64,000 bases of DNA, from the NCBI GenBank assembly GCA_964016885.1, contig OZ024741.1, positions 223,696,001 through 223,760,000 of the forward strand, given 5' to 3'. Source of the DNA: Eledone cirrhosa. Taxonomy: Eukaryota. The notes beneath the pieces were generated by a model. That model did no database searches, was not told where the DNA came from, and saw only the letters and a list, made by a program, of their open reading frames with translations. Shown piece after piece: positions 51,760 through 63,940 of this stretch (within the stretch, counting starts at the first letter, position 1; each line of letters begins with the position of its first letter). The translations under genes were made by a program, and so were the position numbers.

Positions 51760-54700
51760 AAATAACCAACAGCGACTACTTAATTATTGGTGGCGACCTA
51801 AACGGTCACGTTGGACAACATAGTGATGGCTATGATGGAATCCATGGAGGATATGGGGTTGGAAATAGAAATGAGGAGGGCTTCAGAATCTTGGAATTCT
51901 GTGACGCTAATAATCTATCTGTAACACAAACTTCAAAAAATGAGAAAACCACTTGATCGCTTATAGATCAGGGGAACAAGCCAGCCAGATAGATTATATC
52001 CTTACTAGAAGACGTGACAAAGTGTCTGTTGTAAACACTAAATCTCTCCCCCGTGAAGAATGCATCTCCCAACATAGCCTAGTAGTTGGTGACCTCATTG
52101 TCAGGAATAGACGTACTCGACGACAGAGGAGGCCTACCTTGAAGAGAAGAATATGGAAGTTGAAGGACCCCACAGCCAGTGACAAATTTAAAAGCTTATT
52201 ACTTGATGCCTTTGACAATAAGGAAGAGCAATTAAAGACGTGCAATATAGAGGAACAGTGGGAATTCTTGAAAGTGAACCTGCTGAAAGCAATAGATGAA
52301 ATCTGTGGCTGGAGCAGACCTATAGGCAGGAGGAGAGTAACTTGGTGGTGGAACAGTAAGGTGGAGGAGACAATCAAGGCCAAAAATCAGCCTTGGAAAG
52401 TATGGCAGGATGGGGGAAGTAGAGAGCACTATCAAGTGGCCAGGAGAGAAGCTACCTTGCAAAAAGGGAAGCAGAGGATGGAAAGTTCAAGCATGTTCTA
52501 CAACTTGAGGACCAAAAACGTGAGGTGTTCAGGATTGCTAGACAATGTGTCAAGGAAAACCGTGATATTGTCGGGGAGAAGTGTGTCCATAATGATAACG
52601 GTGTACTTGCCCTCACTCATACTGATAAGAAGATAGCCTGGAAGTGTCACTACAAGAGACTATTAAATGAGGAGAATAAATGGGAAAAAGATAGTCTGCC
52701 CCAAATCGATCCAATAGAAGGACCAGCGGTGCAAGTTAAAGGTAGTATAATAAGTAAGGCAATCAAAGATATGAAGACACGCAAGGCAGCTGGGCCTTCA
52801 GAGATAGTTGCTGAGATGTTGAAGGCATCTGGAATGGTGGAACATACTATGGTCACCCGTATAGTTAACCAAGTAATACAGAAGGGGTCATACCAAAAGA
52901 CTGGCGTAGCAGCATCATCATTAACTGCTACAAGGGTAAAGGGGATGCTCTAGATAGGGGAAACTATCGAGGCATTAAGTTAGTTGACCATGTCATGAAG
53001 GTCACAGAAAGAGTTATAGCGCAACTAATCAGAGAGCGAATTGATCTAGATGAAATGCAGTTTGGGTTTGTGTCAGGTAAAAGTACCAGACGCTCTTTTC
53101 CTTGTACGACAACGACAGGAGAAGTACCTAGCTAAAAGTAAACCCCTCTACTTAGCTTTTGTAGACCTGGAGAAAGCCTTTGACAGAGTCCCCCGCTCCA
53201 TTATCTGGTGGGCTCTTAGAAAACTAGGTGTAGATGAATGGCTTGTGAGAGCTATACAAGCTATGTATAAAGAAACAGTCAGTAAGGTTAGAATTAACAA
53301 TGAATATTGTGAAGAATTTAGTGTAAAAGTTGGTGTTCATCAAGGCTCTGTCCTTAGCCCCCTCCTATTTATTATTGCCCTTCAGGCTATAACAGAGGAG
53401 TTCAAGACCGGCTGCCCATGGGAACTCCTATACGCAGATGATCTAATGCTCATAGCTGAATCTATGGCTGAACTAGAGAAGAAATTCCAAACATGGAAGC
53501 ATGTCCTAGAATCAAAAGGCCTTAAAGTTAACTTGTCTAAGACTAAAGTTCTAGTGTGTAGAAAGGAAAATAGGGCACAGGTACCCTTAGGGAAATGGCC
53601 ATGCTCAGTGTGTAGGAAAGGAGTAGGCATAAATTCCATTTTATGTCCCAAATGCAAATAAAAGATGTAGTGGGATCACAGGTAAACTATCTAAGAACGT
53701 AGACTTTATATGTGGCCGATGCTCAGGTGCAATAAGTAGCAAGTGCCCACAGGATACTAGCTCCTTCTATTGTCCAGATGGTTCTATAGAAATAGTGGAC
53801 ACCTTCCGTTACCTGGGTGATGAAATCAGCAATGGTGGAGTGTGTTCTGAAAGTACAGTAGCTAGAGTCAGAACAGGATGGAAAAAGTTCAGAGAGCTTA
53901 TACCACTGTTAGCCACAAAAGGTTTCTCTCTAAAAATGAAAGGCAGATTGTATGATGCCTGTATACGAACAACAATGTTACATGGCAGTGAGACTTGGGC
54001 ATTGTGTGCAGAGGACCTGCATAGACTAGAAAGGAATGAAGCATGCATGCTCCGTTGGATGTGTAATAGTAATATACGTGAAGGGCAAAGCATAAATGAA
54101 CTAAGTGAGAAATTAGGAATAAGAGGGATCAGATGCTGTTTACTTGAGAGAAGACTACGTTGGTATGGCCACGTGATACGCATGAAAGACGACAGCTGTA
54201 TAAAAAAGTGCAGGGCAATCAAAATTGATGGTAGTTATGGAGTAGGTAGACCCAGAAAAACCTGGGACGATCTGATAAATTCCGACCTTACACACTTACA
54301 TCTCTCTAAGACAATGTCACTGGACCGAGATCTTTGGCGCTACGCAGTAATACAGAAGACTCGCCTTGCCTATGTACAAAGCGAAACCTACAGTCAGTAG
54401 GCACCTCTTAACCAAATATACACCCCCACCCTATCCTCCCACTTCCACCAAAACCACCCTCTCTCTGTAAAGTTGGTACCACAACATCCAGTCCAAATTA
54501 ATGAGATCAAGATCGTGTAGGTGTCACGACAAAAACACACAGTCCACGCTGTAATGTGGCCGTGTAGGTAACACGGTAAAAAGTTCCCAGTCCACACTGT
54601 AAATGTGGTTGGTGTTAGGAAGGGCATCCAGTCATAGAAAACCTGCCAGATAGTCCTATATGAGCAAGACACGGTCACCCGACCAACCTTGCCTCAAGTG

Positions 54701-54760
54701 GGACAACTCCCCTCTAACCTATGCTAGCGTGGAAGATGGATGTTAAACGATGATGATGAT
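51760..54760 (+). mobile_element. 5'-truncated, decayed RTE-clade LINE (APE, RT, PHD-like finger, ~360 bp 3' UTR)
   Basis: IIGGDLNGHVG; QIDYIL; SQHSLVV; DLEKAFDRV; GVHQGSVLSPLLF; YADD at 53431-53442; FRYLG; LRWYGHV; (GAT)n tail; multiple frameshifts. Confidence 0.97.
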
Positions 54761-54775
54761 ATATATATATATATA

Positions 54776-55110
54776 TAAATAGATACGACATACCTTTCAA
54801 TCACCTTGCATTTGGGAGGTTGATTTGGTAGTCAAATCAACCAAATCAACCTCCCAAATGCAAGGTGATTGAAAGGTATGTCGTATCTATTTATTTATAA
54901 GACTGTTTATATTGTATTTTGTCTGAAGATGGCATAACATATTGTTAATATGATATCCCTGAAATATATATAACGAAATAAATATGGTTTTATAAATATA
55001 GTTTCCATTTATTTAATATCATAAATATACTCCAAATACTTGTTGAGTGCTTTTATATCAGTTATAAATATTTACTCGTTGTTAACCCAACAATTTAAAT
55101 ATAACTTTCC
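54776..55110 (+). mobile_element. TA-flanked element with 5' hairpin and hammerhead (Penelope-like remnant?)
   Basis: Perfect 54 bp inverted arms 54776-54829 and 54840-54893; hammerhead motif downstream; (TA)n on both sides. Confidence 0.7.
54915..54980 (+). ncRNA. Type I hammerhead ribozyme motif
   Basis: UAUUUUGU-CUGAAGA-U-GGcAUAaCAUAUU(guu)AAUAUGaUAUcCC-U-GAAA-UAUAUA-UA-ACGAAAUA; 8 bp stem I with one G-U, palindromic stem III. Confidence 0.7.
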
Positions 55111-55361
55111 ATATATATATATATATATATATAATATATTTAGAAACACACAGATACATGCGGACACACACATATATACATGAATGCATCCGCACCCAAC
55201 TGTGAGTTAAGGGTGCCAACTTCACCGATGTTGCTCAATGAATGACTGGGACAGACCAATTCAGTTTGAACCAGACTGAACCAGTATCAGAGTTAAAAAT
55301 ACATTATGAAGAGAGAAGAAACATTTAGATATAATTAGTAATGAAATGTATCATACCTAAA

Positions 55362-55426
<65 letters not shown>

Positions 55427-56237
55427 ATTGGGTGTTTTTAAATTTATCAAGACGAAGCGTGAGTGTATTTGAAATTTATAGAAATAAGTTGGAAACTGGA
55501 ATGCAAGGACCAGCTGTTAAAATAGCCGAATGTTGTCAATGACAACAGCATATAAGTTGGGTAAAAATACCCCTAAGGACAAAAAACAGTGGCCAGTGAT
55601 CGCTATGGTGAGATGGTAAGTTGTGAGGTGAGTGAAAGGTAAATGAAATGTATAGATGATTGAGAAAGGAGTGTGTAGGCATTTACTCATGTGAAACTGC
55701 AAGCCAGTTGAGAACTGATGAGGTTTTGGATGCATCTGTGATTTTGTATGATGTCTGTGTAACCCATCTAACCTATGCGAGCGTGGAAAAATGGATATAA
55801 CAACGATGATGATGATGAGGAGGATAGTAATGAATTAAAAGGTAGTATGTTTGAATTTCATCACATTTTATTTATCACATAATCAGTTATATGTAATCCT
55901 CAGACACAATCTCATCAGACAATTTTTTCCTTGCATAAACATTAGTTATATAAGTTCTTATCTGAATTACCAGCTGGCAGGCTTAGGTGTTGTTTCTTCA
56001 CTGCTGTAGTGAAATTCAAACAGACTACCTTCTAAATCATTATTATAACAACACTCTGTCATACATGTATCTATGTGATAATATAATAGTAGAGCTATAT
56101 TACATTGAGTGATCAATCCTGCTTATATGAGTGTTTACTAATCTATACCTGAAAACTAATAATGAATTTATTAACATGGAATTACCACAATATATATATG
56201 CATGTTTGTGTGTGCATATATATGTATGTGTGGGTAT

Positions 56238-56315
56238 GAGTATTTTGTATATCTAGTGATATATGGTATGTTTATGAATAAACATACCGTATATCCCTAG
56301 ATATACAAAATACTC
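56238..56315. repeat. 78 bp hairpin (38 bp arms, 2 mismatches)
   Basis: GAGTATTTTGTATATCTAG..GGTATGTTTAT-GA-ATAAACATACC..CTAGATATACAAAATACTC. Confidence 0.85.
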
Positions 56316-56499
56316 TTGCTTATATGTGTACAGCTGTGTTAGAGCAAACGCTTTAATATATGTGTGTGTGTGCATTGGTGCGTGTGTGTGTACATATATA
56401 TTACTCTTTTACTCTTTTACCTGCTCCAACCATCCGGCTGAGGCCATGCTGGGCATCGCGCTTGGTATATATATATATATATCATGACTTTTCAGTTTC

Positions 56500-57175
56500 A
56501 CTTCTTTCAGTAAGCGACTTGTGAAGTAATTAGAATTGGTATTCTGCCAAAGAAAGCCATTCTGACTTTTTCTCTGTGCACTCTTCCTCTTTCTCCTCCT
56601 TCTCCTCATCTTCCTACTCTCCTCCTCTCTCCTAGTTTCTCATTGATATCCAGCTGTAACTCATGCTCTTGCACCTTTTTAAGAGGATTTACTCATGATT
56701 GCAGTCTAAGACACACTTTAGCTGATTGCCAGAATCTTACCAATTCTACATTCTACAGAATAACAGCAGCAATATCAACAACATCTTGCCAACTTTCATG
56801 TCTAAGCAATAATTCTGACTTCAGTATTGATTCGAATCATATTGTTAATGGCAACAAAGAATATATTTTGGTAGTCTACTCTACTCCTCTACCAATCTAG
56901 TGAGAAGGCAGCAGAGGAATTAACCTTTCAATGGTACCATGGTAGAATGGTAAACTCTTACTGGTTGAAGATGTATAAAATTGTGTGATTTCTAGCATCG
57001 GTAGACTATTGCTATTTGGCATCACTGAAATATATTGCACAGTTTAGATCTAATAAATGTCAAAGGCTAAACTGAAAGCTAGTGAAGTGAAGTGGGAAAT
57101 AGTGTTCATTTGACCTGCAAGAAATAACACCTAAATCACACTCTGCCTTCCTGTTATATCTTTAAATCTGATAGT
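56500..57175. repeat. Dispersed ~670 bp duplicated segment, copy 1
   Basis: Collinear with 63272-63940. Confidence 0.85.
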
Positions 57176-57311
57176 ACCTGAAAAAAAAAGTAAACAAAAG
57201 AAAAAAATATAAAAGATAAAAATAAGACTTCTTTTGTAGGAAATGCTGGAAGGAAGTTAGTGATTCTCCTGTTAGTATTTTATTCAGATAAGCATCCTAA
57301 TATCAAAAAGT

Positions 57312-57810
57312 AGTAGTGCTGGTGCCACAATAAAACCCACCCAGTCCAGCCTCTCAGGTGGTATTGGTGGTACCATGATAAAATGCACTCAGCCCACACT
57401 GGAAAGTGGAAGTGCTGGTGCCACAATAAAACGTCCTCCCCACACACTAGAAAGTGAAATTGCTGGTGCCACAATAGAATGCATTCCTTCCACACACACA
57501 CTGGAAAGTGTAACTGCTGGTGTCACAATAAAATGTACTCAGCCCACACTATGAAGGGATAGTGCTAGTGTCACGATAAAATGCACCCAGTCCATCTTGT
57601 CAAGGAGTAGTGGTGGTGTCACAAGAAAATGAACCTGGTACTCGCCATGAAGTGGTTGGCATTAGGAAGGACTTCCAGCTACAGAAACCATGCCAGAATG
57701 GAATGTATAAATGAGACACGGTATCTGACCAATCTAGCTCCTGAACGTGACAACCCATTTAACTCATGAAAGCATGTAAAATAGACGTAAAATGGTGATG
57801 ATGATAATGA
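57312..57810 (+). mobile_element. SINE/RTE-tail module with about 7 tandem ~48 bp subrepeats
   Basis: Repeated GTGCTGGTGCCACAATAAAA..CCCAGTCCACAC, then GTGGTTGGCATTAGGAAGG..GACGTAAAATGGTGATGATG. Confidence 0.75.
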
Positions 57811-57812
57811 TA

Positions 57813-57970
57813 GACATGACTGAATGGTTAAGAAGTTTGCTTCATAATCATAAGGTCCCAGGTTCAATCCCACTGTAGAGTAACTTGGGCAAGCACCTTT
57901 ACCATAGCCTTGGGTCAACCCAAGACTTGTCAAAGAAATTGGGTAAATGGAAACTCTGTAGAAGACTGCT
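57813..57970 (+). mobile_element. Degenerate tRNA/CORE-like SINE
   Basis: GAATGGTTAAGAAG..GGTTCAATCCCACTG..CTTGGGCAAG. Confidence 0.65.
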
Positions 57971-58519
57971 GGATCATTTGTACCTGTAATTCAAGGTGTA
58001 ATATTGTGTCATGCTGATTTGGTTTGGAAATTACATCCAGGGTTTATGTATCTGTGGAATACTCAACTACTTACACTATAAGATGGGTTGCACTTGTAAT
58101 TCAAAGGTCTATATTGTGTCATGCTGATTCAGCTTGGGAAATACATTGAATACACATCTTTCTTCAATACTCAACTACTTACATGCTAATTTATGTGCTG
58201 GATAAGGATTCATCATCATTTAATGTGTCCTTTTTTTTTAAGATAGTCTGGTATAATTCGAGATAGATTTGGCTGCTATTTCTAGCCAGTCAAAGGACCA
58301 CTGAGAGACTTTTCTCTTTGGTTCATCTCATTTGACTACTATTTCTAGCAAGTTCATCGACCATTTAGTGGCAGCTTTCTTTTACTCCTTTTGGCTGTTA
58401 TTTCCAAATAGAACTGTCACTCTTTGTAAAAAAACTGGTAAAGTTGAATAGGTCACATATGATAAGTAAGGGTCGGTTTGTAACATCCAACAAAGTATAG
58501 AACTTTGACTTTTTAAATA

Positions 58520-58965
58520 GTTCTGGCCATACTGGAGTACCACTGCACTTATAGGTTTATGACCATGCTGGAGTTGTGTAGTTCTTTACTATAAAACTTA
58601 CAACTATAACTGTTCTGAAGCATTACAGTCCTTTACCATGCAATCTGGCCATGCTGTATTTTATTCATAGATTTATGGCCATGCTGGAGCTGTATTGTAA
58701 ATGATACAGTTATAGCCATCTTATAGCATTGCAGTCCTTTATCATGCAGTCTGGCCATGCTGGAGCTGTGTAGTTCTTTACCCCCAAAAAACAATATATA
58801 TGGTTAAAGCAGTCCTTTACCATGCAGTCCTGCCATGCTGGAGTACTACTGTACTTTACTATAAGCTATACAGCTATAGCCATCCAGATGGACTGCAGAT
58901 TTTTATCATGCAGTGTGGTCATGCTGGATTTGTGTAGCTCTTTACTATAAACCATACTGGTATAG
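58520..58965. repeat. Degenerate tandem repeat (CTGGCCATGCTGGAG core)
   Basis: About 7 recurrences of CCATRCTG. Confidence 0.65.
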
Positions 58966-59639
58966 CTGTATAGTTTATAGTAAAAGGTACATGTGTCTGC
59001 AGAATACTCAACTGTTTACATGCTAATTCAGGAATTAGACATACAAATTAATTGAACAACTAAATGCTCATTATCAAAACCAATAAAGGAACCATTGCCA
59101 TCTGGTTTTCATTGCTGCAGTAATTTCTATTTATTTTATGTTAATGTCCTCTGTTAATGATTAATGATTATTGAACCTAGGTGTGTAAACACTCTTTTGT
59201 TGCCATATTTCTCATGAAATCCACTGTATTAGAATTAATTAATGAAGAATTTGAAGGTATTTACTAAAATTATGATTTCATTAATACAATACTATTTGTA
59301 ACATAATTTAATAAACGCTTTTTATATCAAGTTACGTTGGAAGAGTTTAATTTAAACAGGAAACCTTGAAAATAGGTGACTCCAGAGGTTTTTTTTTGGT
59401 GGTTTGGTATCAAAGGAGTTAATATATGTATATATGTAAGCTCTCCATATGTCTCATGAGACCATGGATTTGTAGTTGAAACATTGCACCTTTTGTGAAG
59501 ACCAGCATTAAGCCAAGCTTGGATATCTTCTCTCTCCATACCATCAATGTTGTCCAGAGCAAAGGCAAAGGCAGACCCCAAACAGATAAAAGGCAAAGAT
59601 AACCATGACATAATTGTAGTGCACTATATATGATGGACT

Positions 59640-61455
59640 CTCCTATTGCGAACACATTTAAATTATGTGCACCTTCAAACCCTAACCCTCCTCCTGAGAT
59701 TTTAGGTTTGCACACAACTGATCATGATGCTCAAAATCTATGAGCAGGCTGAAGCAAGTCAACCTTCATCCTCAGTGATCCACAACCTGTCCCTCCCATG
59801 ATTCAATATGCACACCACAACACCTCATTTTGTCCTTTAGCTTGACCTTAAACTAGAGGAAGAGGTGACCAATTCTGCGTTTCGCATTTGTTAGCTGACC
59901 AAACAACAACTGCTTTGGTAAACATGATTCAACCATTCTTACCAGGTGGCCAGCCCATCTCAGGTTTGTTTTGATTACGATTGCCTCCATACCGGTAATA
60001 TTGCAGCATTTAAAGACCTCATTGTTTCAGATCTTGTCAGATCGTTTGATGCCACAGATTCCTCGCAAACATCGCATGTGAAATGAATCTAATTGTCTAA
60101 TGTGTTTGTGATACATGGTCTATGCCTCTGCCCCAAAGATAAGTGTGGTGAGTACAACAACTTTATAAATTACAACCTTCACCCTCACAAACACATCACT
60201 ACAATCCCATAGCCTGTGATACAATTTACTAAATGCAAAGCTGGCCTTTGCAATTTGGTTCTCTACTTGCATTTTTGCATCACTAGTTATGACAGAGCCT
60301 ATTAAGGTGAAAATATCAACTGTCTTAAGCTGTTTTCCATCCACAAAAACTGTTGGTAGAGCAGGTGGCTATTGCTTGGGGATTGGTTGATAAAGGAGCT
60401 CAGTCTTTTTTATGCTGATTGTAAGTCCGAATGCTTTACATGCATCTGAAAAAGCATTTAGAATAGTTTGCATGTCTATCAAGTTGTGAACCATAAGAGC
60501 ACAATCATCCACAAACAGAATATCACAGGCTACTTGGACAAGAGTCTTTGGTTTTACATTAAACCGTTGCTGATTGTAAAGACCTGTTGTTTACAACTCA
60601 AAAGAAACTCCCTCATTGGTATCATGCTCCAGCATCACTGAGAAAAACAAAGTTTCAGTCTTTATTGAGAACACTTGAAACCTGTTCAGCACACATTTTG
60701 GTTATGTCATGTTTGTTGGTTAATAATTCGTTTTCAGAGAAAGGAATGGAACTGTTTGAAATAGAGCCAAAGACTTCTTTAAAGTTCTGATAAAAATATT
60801 TCAAATCAACTTTGTCAGCTGCTTCTTGGAGGACTTTTGCTTTTTCTTTCTACCAATTTTGTTTCATTTCACAAAGTTTGGCCTAAACACTATTCTTTGC
60901 TTGTTAAAAGCTTTATTTTTGGAAGTTAAGAATTCAAACACAGTGATGGATGTTTATGCATGTCCTTAAAAAGTTGGTTGTGGATCATTTGAGTCAAACT
61001 AACCCTGGTGCTAACAATAAACATAACCTAATATTTCTTTTACTGTCTCAAATAGTGTGTCACTCAGACTTGACCATGAGGCCGTAATTTCATCATTTAT
61101 AATAATTTGAGGTGGCTTTGCTTTAAAAAAGTCATTAAAGGATTGTGCAATGTTTTCATTCTTTAACCTGCTAACATCTAATTTTTGATGTGGAGCAATT
61201 CTTTGTGTCCAAAAAAGCCATTGAATTTTCATGGTTATGTGAGAATGAAGGACTTTATGATCAGACCATGCTTCACCTATTGAAAGAGTGAGATTTTCAT
61301 CATACTTGCTTGATTGACATGTAATTATATAATCAATTAAATGATAATGACCAGATCTTGAGTGTTTCCAACTAGTCTTCAAATGTATTTGTAATTAGAA
61401 GATTAAATTCTGTACAAAGTGAAAGCAAAAGGTCATTTCAATTAATCTTTCCAAT
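59640..61455 (-). mobile_element. Old BovB-like RTE LINE remnant with internal RT deletion
   Basis: KTSWKHSRSGHYHLIDYII (endonuclease); ILFVDDCAL near 60504-60515; ENQIAKASFAFSKL; LRWAGHLVRM; N-terminal RT motifs missing near 60600-60660. Confidence 0.85.
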
Positions 61456-61460
61456 GCTAT

Positions 61461-62445
61461 GCCTGCCTTAGATATTTGGCCATGTCATTTCCAAGCCTAC
61501 GATTGAACCAAAGGGTCTTCCTGCCATCCGGCACCACACCTAACCTCTTTCACCTGCAGCATTTTACAGCTGAAGCAGAAACTGTAGTGTTGAACAATCT
61601 CCACTCTATCTCAATGTCCTCCGTTTTCTCAGGGAGTTCTCTGAACTTGGATGCAATAGTATCTGCATACCTGGTCCTGACTTCCTTATCTACCAATGCA
61701 TCCCACTTTATCCTGTAGGTCGCCATGGACCTGCCAGTTTTGTGGGCTTCTTTGGCTTTAGGTAGTCTCAAGTTGCAGATAACTAGATGGTGATCAGTTG
61801 ACAGCTCAGCCCCTCTCCTAACACGAACATCCAGCACAGAATAAAAGAGATCAGAGACAATAACAAAATCAATTATTGATCTCTATCCCTGATTCCCTTT
61901 ATACCACGTATATTTATGGATGTCTCTGTGCTGGGTGTTCATAATAGAGAGTCCATTACTAGAACAGAAGTCAAATAAGGCCTCTCCATTCATATTTAGA
62001 TCGGGGGTTGCCATTCCTTCCAATCACTCCTTTCCTCCATGCCAGGTGGTCAGTGCCAACATGTGGATTGAAGTCTCCCATCAGGATATATGACTGTCTT
62101 AACTACATCTAATGCTACACTAACTTCATCAAGGAAGGACCTGTATTCAGACTCCTTGTTTGGTGCATAAACTTGCACCACCCTCAGAGACCTATCTCTC
62201 AGCCTAAACTTCTAATGGGATCCAGTCCATAACACATTGTGACAGCCGGGGGCTTGTGAGTATCCCCACTCCCACCTGCGCAGTCATTTCTGGTGACTCA
62301 CCTGAATAGTGCAGTTTCCATCCTCCATCCCAATCTACAGTATCAAAGCCATGAAACTTTGAGGAAACGCTGACTATATCTAGTCGGGAGCATCTGGCTT
62401 CTTCCACTAATTCCTACTCGTTACCTGTAAGAGTTATGATGTTCC
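61461..62445 (-). mobile_element. Expander/Rex3-like RTE endonuclease fragment
   Basis: GWKLHYSG..VGVGILTSPRL; VVQVYAPN; LDVRVRRGAELSTDHHLV. Confidence 0.88.
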
Positions 62446-62454
62446 TTTCCGGAC

Positions 62455-62960
62455 CCTCTTTAGAGTCTCTCAAAACACAATCTTTGTGTGTCCATCCCAC
62501 ACCTCTCAGGACAGGTCGCAGTCCCATTGCTAGTTTTTGCAACATGATATGGAGACTGCAATATATTTTTCAAACATGCCCCTCTACCTAAGGCTTGGAC
62601 GCATCTTTTGTTAACCCACACAAAGGACAATGCAGTATGGTTCTTTTTTGTTTTCCTCATTATATTGCAGTGTTGGTGGTCTTATTCACGCCAGTCGCCA
62701 CTCTGGTGCTTTGTTGAACCCACGAAGACTAGGCATTTTTAAAGGAGCCTTTACTCGCCTCATCATAGCTACGTCACTGGGTTGTGAGAGTTTTTTCTTG
62801 GGAACTACAGGTGTCACCCATTGCTCCATCTCCCTTAGTAGTTTACTGCTGATTGATCCAGGGTTGCTTATTTGTCTGGCAGTTGCTCACTTATATCGCA
62901 ACTTTCCATCATATCTGGTGGTCATATTGCTATCCGCCACCTGTGACCCGTTCTGTAGCA
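62455..62960 (-). mobile_element. Possible RTE 5' region
   Basis: More GC-rich non-repetitive segment next to the RTE remnants; recalled similarity to BovB-like 5' UTRs only. Confidence 0.35.
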
Positions 62961-63271
62961 GAAGAACTCTTTGGGGTCAATTTTTTCTCATTCTCTCTTT
63001 CTCTTCTCTAAAAGAAATTGGCTGTGTTAAGATCTGGAAAGAGGATGGGCTCAGTCAGGTTTAAAGTATGTCAAGATAGTGTCCCTACAACTCCTTCAAG
63101 AGTTACGGCAGCTCCATACATATATACTCATAATTTCTATGAAATCATGTACTTCGTGTTTTAATGTCTAACTTACACACTCACACTTATATGTGAATAT
63201 GCATTCATATATGCATATATATGTATATATGTGGATTTATCTATATGCATCTATAGTGATATTGGAATTAT

Positions 63272-63940
63272 ACTTCTTTCAGTAAGACACTTGTGAAGCA
63301 GTTGGAATTGGTATTCTGCCAAAGAAAACTATTCTGACTTTTCCTCATCCTCTTCATCCTGTTTTCCTCTAGCTCATCTTCCATTTCCTTCTCCTCCTCC
63401 TTCCCATCTATATTCTGCTGCAACTCATGGACTTGCACCTTTTTAAGAGGATTTACTCACGATTGCAATCTAAGACACACCATACAGAACAACAACACTA
63501 ACACCATCTTGCCAATTTTCATGTCTAAGCAATAATTCTGACTTCAGTATTGATTCAGATCATAGTATTAATGGCAACAAAGATTAAATTCTGATAGTCT
63601 TCTCCTCCATCATTCTCCTCTTCTTATTGGTAAAATGTCTGAATGGTATCATGGTAGAATGGTAAACTTTTAGAGAGTGATGCCATATAAAGTTGAGTGA
63701 TTTTTTTTTTTTTTTTTAGCATCAGTACACTATTGCTTTTTGGCATCAATTAAACATATGGCATTGTTCTCAGATTTTAACTGAATGTGAAGTAAAAGAC
63801 TATAAGAAGAAGATCTATATATATGATAATGGTCTCTTGCTATACTGACAGCCAATGAGGTCATTTGATCTGCTAGTTAAAGCAACTAAATCTCCCCTCA
63901 AATCACATCTATTTCCCTAACACATTTAGATCTGACAGCA
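63272..63940. repeat. Dispersed ~670 bp duplicated segment, copy 2
   Basis: Collinear with 56500-57175. Confidence 0.85.

Noticed and set aside
63265-63522. Selenoprotein or secreted peptide precursor with in-frame TGA on the minus strand
   Set aside because: The paralogous copy breaks this frame with an indel and stops, and no SECIS was identified; kept only as part of the duplication finding.
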